The position numbers and the translations under genes are program-made. 64,000 nucleotides of DNA from the IMG/VR virus record IMGVR_UViG_3300010352_001202. One strand, 5' to 3'. Below the pieces are notes generated by a model that was not told the DNA's origin, made no database searches, and worked only from the letters and a program-made list of their open reading frames with translations. Shown piece after piece: positions 47,850 to 56,562 of this stretch (the first letter of the stretch is position 1; each line of letters begins with the position of its first letter). The stretch is from a virus. Its lineage: Duplodnaviria; Caudoviricetes.

Positions 47850-49022
47850 ATGTCAGATTGCTGCACACCGGGTACGGGTTTTCCAACTGCTCCACAGATG
47901 GAGCAAATTGCAACTAATCTTCCTGTAGTATGGGAAGAAATTTGCATGATTCAGCAAGCCATATTGGCTGCTTCGAGTCTATGTTCGCCTTCCGGTGGCC
48001 AGATGTGTACAACTGTTGGTGGCAACACACCGATGACATTTGTTTCTGGTTTAAGTTCAGTAACTGTAGTAAATGGTGGATCTGGCTATTTCAATGATCT
48101 CCCTGCGGTCAATTTCGTACCTCCTGTAGGATCATCACCCAGCGTTTTAGCTACAGCCAATGTGGTAACAAATGGTAGTAATATCCTAAGCATTACAATG
48201 ACAAATCCGGGTGCAGGATATCAGCCTGTCCCTGCAACAATGGCAGTAAGTTCATTAGCCGGGGTTGGTGCAGTTCTCGAGCCGTTAGTAAACGGCGCTG
48301 GCGAAATTGTTGCAATCAACATTGTTAACGGTGGATCGGGATATACAGCATTAGATACTGTCACAGCCACAAGAGCAGTATTACCTAACATCGCGTATGT
48401 TGATGCAATTTTTAAGATTACAACATTAAGTCTTACAGGTGAAATTATTGCTATTGCAATTTTAGAGCCAGGTTCGGGATATCAGAACAGTGTTACCGAA
48501 GCACAGATTGTTTCTACATTAAATCCTTTAGTAGCATATCCACTAGGTTCTGGATTCACGGGTACTGTGCTAACAGATCCACTAGGCGCAATTACACAAG
48601 TCCTTGTTGATAACATAGGCGCAGGATACGCTACTTTTCCACCTTATTTGGTGATTACTGACCCAGGAACAGGTGCAACAACATCTGTGACACTTAGCGG
48701 AACATCGGTTGCGTCAATTGCAGTAACTTCACCGGGAACTCAATACACACCTGCAGCAACAGGTATTGTTATGAATCCTTCTACAGCGGCATTGCCTAAT
48801 CCACCCGTAACATCGGCTGTTGTTACTTTGAATGTGAACACAAATACATTCGGAACCACCCCTGGATTATATTGGCAAGTTTGGGCAGGTACTGTTACAA
48901 ACAAACCAATTCAGATGCAAATGAATCAAGTATTGTCGTACTTTAAAGGTCTCGGCTATACGATTCAAATTCAATCAAACCCTGCAACAGGGTCTACTAT
49001 ACAATGGAAGATTTGCTGGTAA
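47850..49022 (+). CDS. Virion structural protein with repeated (N/P)GSGY beta motifs
   Basis: Several I.I.NGGSGY/PGAGY repeats typical of T4-like baseplate/tail proteins. Confidence 0.75.
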   Translation: MSDCCTPGTGFPTAPQMEQIATNLPVVWEEICMIQQAILAASSLCSPSGGQMCTTVGGNTPMTFVSGLSSVTVVNGGSGYFNDLPAVNFVPPVGSSPSVLATANVVTNGSNILSITMTNPGAGYQPVPATMAVSSLAGVGAVLEPLVNGAGEIVAINIVNGGSGYTALDTVTATRAVLPNIAYVDAIFKITTLSLTGEIIAIAILEPGSGYQNSVTEAQIVSTLNPLVAYPLGSGFTGTVLTDPLGAITQVLVDNIGAGYATFPPYLVITDPGTGATTSVTLSGTSVASIAVTSPGTQYTPAATGIVMNPSTAALPNPPVTSAVVTLNVNTNTFGTTPGLYWQVWAGTVTNKPIQMQMNQVLSYFKGLGYTIQIQSNPATGSTIQWKICW

Positions 49023-49026
49023 AGTT

Positions 49027-49055
49027 TTGACTTGTGATACTCTTTATGTTACACT
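49027..49055 (+). promoter_or_regulatory. sigma70-type promoter (leaderless)
   Basis: TTGACT-17-TACACT; ATG at 49062. Confidence 0.7.
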
Positions 49056-49061
49056 TTGTCA

Positions 49062-49727
49062 ATGATTATACAACAGAAATTTAACTATCAGCCACTGCAA
49101 AGAATCGATACCGAAAACGGTCGTCGTTATATTGTCGATGGCGGTAGGCCGCTTCCAAGCGTAACAACAATTCTCTCTAAAACAAAAGATATGACTCACC
49201 TGCAAGAGTGGGTTGATCGCGTTGGCGAAGCTGAAGCAGAGAGAATAAAACACGAAGCAAGCGATCTAGGTAGCGGGATGCACCAAAATCTCGAGAACTA
49301 TATTCTTGGGAAAGACATGGCTGGCACCTTTATGGCCAAAGCACTCGCAAAGGTAATCATTAAGCAAGGCCTTTCCAAGGTAAGCGAAGTATGGGGCACA
49401 GAGGTTGCCTTATATACAAAAGATCTATACGCAGGTACTACTGACCTTATAGGGATTCATGATGGTATTCCGTCTATAATGGACTTTAAAAACAGTTTGC
49501 GACCCAAAGAGCGAGACTGGATCGAAGATTATTTTATGCAATTGGCGGCGTATGCACTATCTCATAATGAAATGTACGGTACAAGTATAAATCGAGGTGT
49601 TGTAATGATTGCTACTAGAGATGCTAAATATCAAGAGTTTGTAATCGAAGGTGCTGAATTTAAACATTACGAGACCATGTGGGCCAACAAAGTGTGCGCC
49701 TATTACGATCAGTACGGTATGGCATAA
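49062..49727 (+). CDS. PD-(D/E)XK exonuclease (RecB/MGME1-like)
   Basis: LPSVTTIL, G..MH..LE, E..LY..YAGTTDL, DFK, QL.AY. Confidence 0.85.
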   Translation: MIIQQKFNYQPLQRIDTENGRRYIVDGGRPLPSVTTILSKTKDMTHLQEWVDRVGEAEAERIKHEASDLGSGMHQNLENYILGKDMAGTFMAKALAKVIIKQGLSKVSEVWGTEVALYTKDLYAGTTDLIGIHDGIPSIMDFKNSLRPKERDWIEDYFMQLAAYALSHNEMYGTSINRGVVMIATRDAKYQEFVIEGAEFKHYETMWANKVCAYYDQYGMA

Positions 49728-49755
49728 ATAAAGCACACATCAGAAGGATAAGGTA

Positions 49756-50376
49756 ATGGCATCACCGGTAATTGTTTCAAGAATTCAGAATAGAAGAGGC
49801 ACACAGTCTCAGTTCGACTCGTTATATCCGTTTGGATATACCGGTATCGGTGGCGTAGATATAAATGTTTGGCCAAACATTTTATTACCTGGAGAAATGG
49901 CATTATGTGTGGATTCCCGCAGAGTGTTTATAGGTAATATAAATGGCGAATATGTCGAAATTCAAACAACATTAGATGGTATTCCTCCGCTAACTATAAT
50001 CTTACCACCTGCGGCAGTTTTTACTGTTATACCAGCATTAACATATGTTGCTACTCCATTCTTCAACATTGTGTACGATATTACAGACTCCATTAGCCCT
50101 GATTGGAATTCGGTAGGTGTTAATTTTTCCCGAAACGGAGAATTGCAAATTACTGCTGTAGATCCATTAACACCTATGCCGCCACCGGTATTTCCGTTCC
50201 CACCAATGACGCCCGTAACATTGACTGATACAGGCACTGAAATAAACACTTTGCTTCCGAAAGAAATAAGTTTTATGGCACAATATAATGGTTCTAATAT
50301 TGAAATTTTATACATGCACGATTTTGTCGACCCGCTGACATTAAACACAACATCAATCCACTGGCTGCCATTCTAA
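49756..50376 (+). CDS. Virion structural protein
   Basis: SRIQNRRG...L.PGE.A...D.RRVFIGN fibre N-terminal motif; CATAAATA at 49723. Confidence 0.7.
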   Translation: MASPVIVSRIQNRRGTQSQFDSLYPFGYTGIGGVDINVWPNILLPGEMALCVDSRRVFIGNINGEYVEIQTTLDGIPPLTIILPPAAVFTVIPALTYVATPFFNIVYDITDSISPDWNSVGVNFSRNGELQITAVDPLTPMPPPVFPFPPMTPVTLTDTGTEINTLLPKEISFMAQYNGSNIEILYMHDFVDPLTLNTTSIHWLPF

Positions 50377-50385
50377 GCAAATAAT

Positions 50386-50823
50386 ATGATTTGGAATTCT
50401 ATTCCTAACGAGGAGCGCCTTCGCCTCTGGAAAAAATTAAGAGAAGAACTTATTACTCTTAACCCCGAAGCACAATTAATGGAAGTTGCTAAATTTTGTG
50501 CGGCAATGCCCATTGGATCACGATCACTGGACTATTATTCTCCTGCTGATTGGCCAACACCGTGGGAAATTCTATTTCACGGATCTTTCTGTACAAGCTC
50601 TATAAGTTTGCTAATTTTCTATACACTGACAATGATACCTACTCCTAGGTATATTGAATTGCACCTAGTAGAAGATGAAGACGGTATTTATCTTATGCCG
50701 GTAGTTGATAATATATTTGTTTTAAACTACCAGCTAGGCTCGGTAAATAACTATCCTGAAATAAGCGATAACTTTAGATTGATACAGAAATACACAAAAG
50801 AACAAGTCAAAACAATCAACTAA
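50386..50823 (+). CDS. Hypothetical protein
   Basis: RL..WK.LR, WPTPWE. Confidence 0.7.
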   Translation: MIWNSIPNEERLRLWKKLREELITLNPEAQLMEVAKFCAAMPIGSRSLDYYSPADWPTPWEILFHGSFCTSSISLLIFYTLTMIPTPRYIELHLVEDEDGIYLMPVVDNIFVLNYQLGSVNNYPEISDNFRLIQKYTKEQVKTIN

Positions 50824-50875
50824 CAATAAATCAATCCGGGCATTAGTCCCGGTGTATACAAACATTGGAGATAAA

Positions 50876-52765
50876 ATGCTATACGAAACCTACATTGCAA
50901 AATCAAGATATGCACGCTACATAGACTCAAAGAAGCGCCGTGAAAACTGGGATGAGACTGTTGCTCGTTATTTTGATTTTATGGAGAATCATTTAAAGCA
51001 GAAACATAATTATATCTTAACTCCCGAGTTAAGAAACGAATTACAGAGTGCAGTCACAAACAATGAAGTTATGCCTTCTATGCGTGCTCTTATGACAGCA
51101 GGCAAGGCACTCGAAAGAGATAACACTGCTGGTTACAACTGTTCATATCTCCCAGTTGATGACCCAAAGGCTTTCGATGAAGCAATGTTTATTCTGCTAT
51201 GTGGCACTGGTGTGGGTTTCAGTGTAGAGCGTCAATACATTAGTAAGCTTCCTGAAGTTCCGGATCGTATCTATGACAGCGAATCTATTATTGTTGTTTC
51301 AGACAGTAAAGAAGGTTGGGCAAAGGCACTTCGCCAGGTTATTGCAATGTTGTATTCTGGCGAAGCTCCTCGTTGGGATGTTAGTAAGGTTCGCCCAGCA
51401 GGCGCCCGTTTAAAGGTTTTTGGCGGCCGTGCATCGGGTCCAGAACCTTTGATTGACTTATTCAAGTTTGTTATTAAGACATTTAAGAATGCACAGGGAA
51501 GAAAGCTTAACAGTATTGAATGTCACGACATTATGTGTAAGGTTGGTGAAGTGGTTGTTGTGGGTGGCGTGCGCAGATCTGCTATGATCTCCCTGTCAAA
51601 CCTTTCTGACGATCGTATGCGTAATGCTAAGAGTGGTGCATGGTGGGAAACACAAGGTCAGCGTGCCCTTGCGAATAACAGTGCATGCCACACCGAGCGC
51701 CCCGATGTGGGAATTTTCATGCAAGAATGGCTTTCTCTCTACGAATCCAAGTCCGGCGAACGCGGAATCTTTAATCGTGAAGCTGCAAAGAATATTGTAA
51801 AGAAGAGCGGTCGTCGTAATCCGGATTTTGACTTTGGTACAAATCCTTGTGCGGAAATTATCCTACGACCTTACCAGTTCTGTAATCTAACAGAAATTAT
51901 TGTCCGTGCATCTGACACACTTGAAGATCTATTGCGTAAGGCAAGAATTGCTACTATCCTCGGCACATTCCAGTCGACGCTAACACACTTCCCTTATCTA
52001 CGCAAAATTTGGCGAGATAACACCGAAGCGGAGCGTTTGCTAGGTGTGTCCATGACAGGTATCTTGGATAATCACTTCCTAAATAATCCTAACGATCCAG
52101 AATTGCCTGCTCGTTTAGAAGCACTCAAGGCAGCTACTGTTGCAGTCAATGCTGAATTTGCTGCTATTCTTGATATTCCGGTTGCCGCCGCTATTACTGC
52201 TGTAAAACCGTCTGGAACAGTTTCTCAATTAACAGATACAGCAAGTGGAATTCACCCACGCCATGCTGCCTATTACTATCGTCGTATTCGCGGTGATGTG
52301 AAAGATCCGCTAACAAGAGCAATGATGGTTGCTGGTGTCCCTAGCGAACCTGATGTTATGAAGCCTGGAAGCACAATGGTATTTACTTTCCCTAAGAAAG
52401 CTCCAGAGGGTGCAGTTCTTAGACAAGATCTTGATGCCATTAAGCACTTGAATTTATGGCTTGTTTATCAAAGACACTACTGTGAGCATAAGCCATCTGT
52501 AACTATTTCAGTATCGGAAAAAGAATGGCCAGCAGTAGGTGCATTTGTATGGGAATACTTTGATGAAATGTCGGGTGTATCATTCCTACCGTACGACGGC
52601 GGCACATATAAGCAAGCTCCTTACGAGGATTGCACTAAAGAAGAGTATGAGGCTCTATTAGCACAGATGCCTAAGTCTATTGATTGGGATGCAATTGTTG
52701 AGCTCGAGGATAATGTCGAAGGCGCACAAATGTTGGCCTGTACAGCAGGGCAATGCGAAATTTAA
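50876..52765 (+). CDS. nrdJ: Class II (B12-dependent) ribonucleotide reductase
   Basis: YNCSY, GTGVGFSVE, GGVRRSA, GTNPCAEI, CNL, KPSGTVSQL, C-terminal CTAGQC; no beta subunit adjacent. Confidence 0.9.
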   Translation: MLYETYIAKSRYARYIDSKKRRENWDETVARYFDFMENHLKQKHNYILTPELRNELQSAVTNNEVMPSMRALMTAGKALERDNTAGYNCSYLPVDDPKAFDEAMFILLCGTGVGFSVERQYISKLPEVPDRIYDSESIIVVSDSKEGWAKALRQVIAMLYSGEAPRWDVSKVRPAGARLKVFGGRASGPEPLIDLFKFVIKTFKNAQGRKLNSIECHDIMCKVGEVVVVGGVRRSAMISLSNLSDDRMRNAKSGAWWETQGQRALANNSACHTERPDVGIFMQEWLSLYESKSGERGIFNREAAKNIVKKSGRRNPDFDFGTNPCAEIILRPYQFCNLTEIIVRASDTLEDLLRKARIATILGTFQSTLTHFPYLRKIWRDNTEAERLLGVSMTGILDNHFLNNPNDPELPARLEALKAATVAVNAEFAAILDIPVAAAITAVKPSGTVSQLTDTASGIHPRHAAYYYRRIRGDVKDPLTRAMMVAGVPSEPDVMKPGSTMVFTFPKKAPEGAVLRQDLDAIKHLNLWLVYQRHYCEHKPSVTISVSEKEWPAVGAFVWEYFDEMSGVSFLPYDGGTYKQAPYEDCTKEEYEALLAQMPKSIDWDAIVELEDNVEGAQMLACTAGQCEI

Positions 52766-52774
52766 TGCGAATAT

Positions 52775-52803
52775 TTGTATTCCATATACTAACCGCATAT
52801 AAT
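52775..52803 (+). promoter_or_regulatory. sigma70-type promoter
   Basis: TTGTAT-17-TATAAT. Confidence 0.6.
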
Positions 52804-52829
52804 AACGAAAACGCCTAAAAAGGGAACAT

Positions 52830-53138
52830 ATGTTAACACAGAAACAAAAAGAGACACCGTATGTTTGGGTCTTTAAGCTTGCAACAGGAGAAGAAATAAT
52901 TGCCAGAGTAACTGAGGAAACAGATACTCATTATCAGATTAAGGCACCGTTGCAAATGGTTATGGGCCAGCGTGGTCCACAATTCGGCCCATTTATTATG
53001 ATGGCCAATCCAGACAAGCTGAAGATTAACAAAGCTCATGTGGTAGCTGATGCGGGTCCTGTAGCAGAGTTGGAAGGGCAATATGAAAGTATTACAACTG
53101 GTATTGCTCTTCCGCAAAAAAGTTCCATAATTACCTAA
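52830..53138 (+). CDS. Hypothetical protein (Sm-like fold suspected)
   Basis: FKL.TGEEIIA, Y...TTGI..P. Confidence 0.7.
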   Translation: MLTQKQKETPYVWVFKLATGEEIIARVTEETDTHYQIKAPLQMVMGQRGPQFGPFIMMANPDKLKINKAHVVADAGPVAELEGQYESITTGIALPQKSSIIT

Positions 53139-53157
53139 CAACACACAAGGAAATAAT

Positions 53158-53355
53158 ATGCCAACAAGATCAGCACCAAAGACGCCGTATGAAATTCGTT
53201 TAGAACTATTGCAACTCGCACAAGTAATTCTCAACGAAAAGCACAAAGCAATTGGAGTAGAGAACGGTAACAACCAGACAACTGCTCCTATTACTGAAGA
53301 AATTATTGCAGAAGCAAATAAGATGAATGCATTCATCTCTACAGCCAACCATTAA
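53158..53355 (+). CDS. Small hypothetical protein
   Basis: KTPYEIRLELL...EII..A....FIS; AAGGA SD. Confidence 0.7.
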   Translation: MPTRSAPKTPYEIRLELLQLAQVILNEKHKAIGVENGNNQTTAPITEEIIAEANKMNAFISTANH

Positions 53356-53358
53356 TAT

Positions 53359-53388
53359 TTGACAGTCCGGTTAGATGCATAGTAATAT
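53359..53388 (+). promoter_or_regulatory. sigma70-type promoter (leaderless)
   Basis: TTGACA-18-TAATAT; ATG at 53395. Confidence 0.6.
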
Positions 53389-53394
53389 GCGTCA

Positions 53395-54189
53395 ATGCCG
53401 GATTCTCATATGTATAAACAAATCAAAAAAGTATTTAGAAGATTTAGTTCCTGGATGCATTATGATCCGCCAGGGTCAATGACATCTAAAGGATGGCGTC
53501 TCTTTGACGAGGAATATAAGAGAGTTGCTCCTATCCGACACTGGATTTCAAAAGATTTGAGACATGCAGTTGTTTATCCAATTAAGTGGAAATATCAAGC
53601 TATCACAAATTGGATTCGATATCGTACATATGATAGATATCATGTGTTGAAGACTGGGTTAGAACCCGGATATTACGAAGTTGAAAAGCTTATGCTGCAT
53701 GTCAACTTTAATATGCTTAAGGATTTTGTAGAAGACGAGCTTGCATGGAGTCGTTATCTGTGGACCGAACGCGACGAAACTGCAACATGGTGCGAAAAGC
53801 ACATGCCTTTCTATTACTTCTTCAAACCATTCAGACGGCCTGATTTAGGAATAAAACACCTGGAATGGGCATCTACCTTAGATGATCCTAACCTTCCGCC
53901 ACACGAAAGATGCGATCACCAGGCAGTTGCAGCCCGTGAGATGCTTATACTATATAAGTGGTGGGTAGAAGGTAGACCCAGCCGTAAGGAAGAAGCTATT
54001 CCTGAATATGACCACCAAGGTATGGGAATTATGGGATGCCTTGATGATGACTTCGACCAAAATGCTCCTGATTTTATTGCACACAGAGAAGCAATGGACA
54101 GGAATAGTAATCTCGAAGAAACATGGAGCAACGAAGACGAAGAAATGCTTATTCGTCTTATGAAAGTAAGAAGACAGATGTGGACTTAA
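53395..54189 (+). CDS. Hypothetical Trp-rich protein
   Basis: 264 aa; LY.WW...RP.R, EDEEMLIRL.KVR..MWT. Confidence 0.75.
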   Translation: MPDSHMYKQIKKVFRRFSSWMHYDPPGSMTSKGWRLFDEEYKRVAPIRHWISKDLRHAVVYPIKWKYQAITNWIRYRTYDRYHVLKTGLEPGYYEVEKLMLHVNFNMLKDFVEDELAWSRYLWTERDETATWCEKHMPFYYFFKPFRRPDLGIKHLEWASTLDDPNLPPHERCDHQAVAAREMLILYKWWVEGRPSRKEEAIPEYDHQGMGIMGCLDDDFDQNAPDFIAHREAMDRNSNLEETWSNEDEEMLIRLMKVRRQMWT

Positions 54190-54545
54190 AGAAACAAAAT
54201 TTAGAAGCAGATTTAAAAGATGACAAGATAGTCATTACATATTGCGCTGAGAAGAATGTAGCACTTGAGTTCTATGCTGCCTTGTGTAATGTTGATTGGT
54301 ATGTCTACGAAGATAAACCCGAAGATGAACGAATAATAGACATCTTATCGGGCAATAAACCGATTCTTTGGTCCTGTTCCTGGCGCTATGCTGGTGGTAT
54401 CATTGCTGATATCAGGAACAACAACTATAATATGAGTGAAACCTACATGGACTTTTACTGTGGAGGTAACGAGGGGTATGTATCCCCATTAGTTCAAGAA
54501 TGCTTAGAGAGAATGGGTTGGAGACCCATAACATATAATGTCTAG
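54180..54545 (+). CDS. Hypothetical protein
   Basis: Y.ALCN..W, WSCSWR.AGGIIA, YMDFYC.G.EG.V; GTG start inferred. Confidence 0.7.
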   Translation: MDLKKQNLEADLKDDKIVITYCAEKNVALEFYAALCNVDWYVYEDKPEDERIIDILSGNKPILWSCSWRYAGGIIADIRNNNYNMSETYMDFYCGGNEGYVSPLVQECLERMGWRPITYNV

Positions 54546-55299
54546 TTTATCAAATCATGTCAGAGATAATTTTGCAGGGATGTTAGTATTCGCCGATGTT
54601 CACGGCGATATCGAATCCTTGATGCGTGCCTACCACTATGCAGAATCGCACGATTACTTCTTCGCATCTCTCGGTGATTTGGTTGACCGTAGCTCTTTTC
54701 CATTCGAGACAGTTAAAAAGATGCACGAGGTTGTAAAAGCTGGTAAGGGTGCATTCACAATCGGTAACCACGATGATAAATTCCATAGACTCGGTAAGGG
54801 TGCTAAGGTAAGTCTCTCTGTGGATGCACGCAGGACATTAGCGGATGTTGGCCCCGAAAGGCATGACGAATTTATGCAGTTGTATGCCGATCTCATGGAT
54901 ACGCCGAACTACTCTGCTTACTTCCATAAGTTCGATGATATCACATTGGTGCATGCTGCCAGTCATCCGTGCATGTGGGAGGATACTGACCGATTTGGAA
55001 ATACAGCCAAGTCGCGAGCCTTATACGGCGAAACCAACGGAGACAAATACCCCGATGGATACCCCGTGAGGTTGTACAGTTGGATAGACGAAGTACCGAT
55101 GGGGGAAACGGTTATAGTTGGACATGATAGATGTCCCATCTTCAATGTTCCTATAACTTCCCCAATGGTGAAGTTAAACAAGAACGGCGGTAAGGTAATC
55201 TTCTTAGACACCGGCGGTGGCAAGGGTGGATTCTTATCTGGGGCAGTTGTGCTCCACGATAAGAAGTTTAAGGTTGATAGATTTGTGGAGTTCAAATGA
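54538..55299 (+). CDS. Calcineurin-like metallophosphoesterase, Pnkp/PrpE-like
   Basis: DVHG, LGDLVDR, GNHD, VHA, ALYGETNG...GYPVR, VGH, LDTG. Confidence 0.85.
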   Translation: MSSLSNHVRDNFAGMLVFADVHGDIESLMRAYHYAESHDYFFASLGDLVDRSSFPFETVKKMHEVVKAGKGAFTIGNHDDKFHRLGKGAKVSLSVDARRTLADVGPERHDEFMQLYADLMDTPNYSAYFHKFDDITLVHAASHPCMWEDTDRFGNTAKSRALYGETNGDKYPDGYPVRLYSWIDEVPMGETVIVGHDRCPIFNVPITSPMVKLNKNGGKVIFLDTGGGKGGFLSGAVVLHDKKFKVDRFVEFK

Positions 55300-55640
55300 A
55301 ACATAAGTACGAAGTAACTGATAGTAGCACAATCAACTCACTGGAGTATGATTTCGAGAAGGCAAAGCTTGTCATTGAGTTTAAAGCCGGCAGCAAATAT
55401 ATCTATTCTGCTGTTCCCGAAGATGTGGCCAGGGAACTGTTCCTTGCCGAATCCAAGGGTAAGCATTTTGCTGCACATATCAAGGACAAGTTTGTTACCG
55501 AGAAGGTCGGTGCTACGCTAAACAAGCCTGCTGCATGGAAAGCTCCTAAGGCAGTACCAGCAGCACCTGTTAAGGCGTATCCTGCACCTAAAGCACAACC
55601 TGCGGCATATTGGCCGTTTCCATTAGGTAACAAGCCATAA
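55296..55640 (+). CDS. KTSC domain protein with Pro/Ala/Lys-rich tail
   Basis: SS.I....YD.....L.IEF..G..Y.Y..VP......L..AESKG.HF...IK. Confidence 0.85.
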   Translation: MKHKYEVTDSSTINSLEYDFEKAKLVIEFKAGSKYIYSAVPEDVARELFLAESKGKHFAAHIKDKFVTEKVGATLNKPAAWKAPKAVPAAPVKAYPAPKAQPAAYWPFPLGNKP

Positions 55641-56107
55641 TGGGCGATGTGGTAATTGGAGTTACTGCCGGTAGCTTCGACCTAACCCACGCCGGCCATT
55701 ACTTGATGTTTGAAGAATGCAAAGGTCAGTGCGATTACCTTATCGTTCTATTGCAAACCAATCCGCATCTTGATAGACCTGATAAGAATACTCCTGTACA
55801 AAGTACACATGAGAGGTACTTACAGGTTCGGGCTTGCAAATATATCGACGAGGTAATTGTTTACGAGACTGAGGCAGACCTGTATAATTTACTTTGCTCA
55901 ATTAAATTTGACAAGAGATTTATTGGTTCAGACTGGGAAGGTAAACCCTACACAGGGCATAATATTCCCGGTATGAATTCGAAGGTAGTCTTTAATTCAC
56001 GGAATCACGGATTTTCAACATCAGGTCTTAGAAAAAGAGTTTACGAGGCAGAAAATGCAAAACACACCAACACCGAAAAATGTCCCACCTCCGGTACCAA
56101 TCCCTGA
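55640..56107 (+). CDS. Cytidylyltransferase (TagD-like)
   Basis: GSFDLTHAGH, ER...V.ACKYIDEV, G.DW, R.H.FSTS. Confidence 0.85.
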   Translation: MGDVVIGVTAGSFDLTHAGHYLMFEECKGQCDYLIVLLQTNPHLDRPDKNTPVQSTHERYLQVRACKYIDEVIVYETEADLYNLLCSIKFDKRFIGSDWEGKPYTGHNIPGMNSKVVFNSRNHGFSTSGLRKRVYEAENAKHTNTEKCPTSGTNP

Positions 56108-56204
56108 GGAAGATTTCGACGACTATCTTGAATGGACTCCCGAGGAAGAGGAAGCATTCCTAAGCATCCTCGACGAATCCGAAGATAGCAGGAGCGACAA
56201 GTGA
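56055..56204 (+). CDS. 49-aa acidic microprotein (not in ORF track)
   Basis: MQNTPTPKNVPPPVPIPEEDFDDYLEWTPEEEEAFLSILDESEDSRSDK; GAGG SD; GTGA overlap with the next gene. Confidence 0.5.
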   Translation: MQNTPTPKNVPPPVPIPEEDFDDYLEWTPEEEEAFLSILDESEDSRSDK

Positions 56205-56476
56205 GATTTATTCAGTTTGCCAAATGGTGGCGGAGACAGCGCGACACTGCCGGAAAAGTGCTGACTCTTGTTATCAGTTGGTTATTCATCAGCCTAGCAA
56301 CAATGCCGTTTATCGGTGTCGGCGGGCTGGCTCTTTTCCTGGGCGGTCTGCTTGCCGGTGCAATTCTTTATCTGCTCGGTAGCATGATTATGGCAGGATG
56401 GGAAGCCTGGAAAGAATTTTCCGCGACACATCCTACATCGCAGGAGTTACTCGTCCGCAAATTGCGTGGCGATTGA
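56201..56476 (+). CDS. Small membrane protein (2 TM)
   Basis: Two hydrophobic stretches; AGGAG SD. Confidence 0.6.
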   Translation: MRFIQFAKWWRRQRDTAGKVLTLVISWLFISLATMPFIGVGGLALFLGGLLAGAILYLLGSMIMAGWEAWKEFSATHPTSQELLVRKLRGD

Positions 56477-56514
56477 CCTAAAAGTGGCCGATAGTTTATA
56501 CTAAAGGCTAAATA
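56473..56514 (+). promoter_or_regulatory. sigma70-type promoter plus late-type motif for the NAD operon
   Basis: TTGACC-18-TATACT; GCTAAATA 56507-14. Confidence 0.6.
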
Positions 56515-56562
56515 CAAACGCAGAGACAGACTCTGCACTTCAACATTATTTGGGAGCCAAAT

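Noticed and set aside
49062-49727. Cas4 call for the exonuclease
   Set aside because: It lacks the Fe-S cysteine cluster and there is no cas context
50824-50875. Cobalamin riboswitch or NrdR box upstream of nrdJ
   Set aside because: The intergenic gap is only about 50 nt with one small hairpin and no matching consensus
20433-52765. Inteins or introns in terminase, UvsX, UvsW, helicase or RNR
   Set aside because: All are of ordinary length with contiguous motifs; no splice-junction signatures seen
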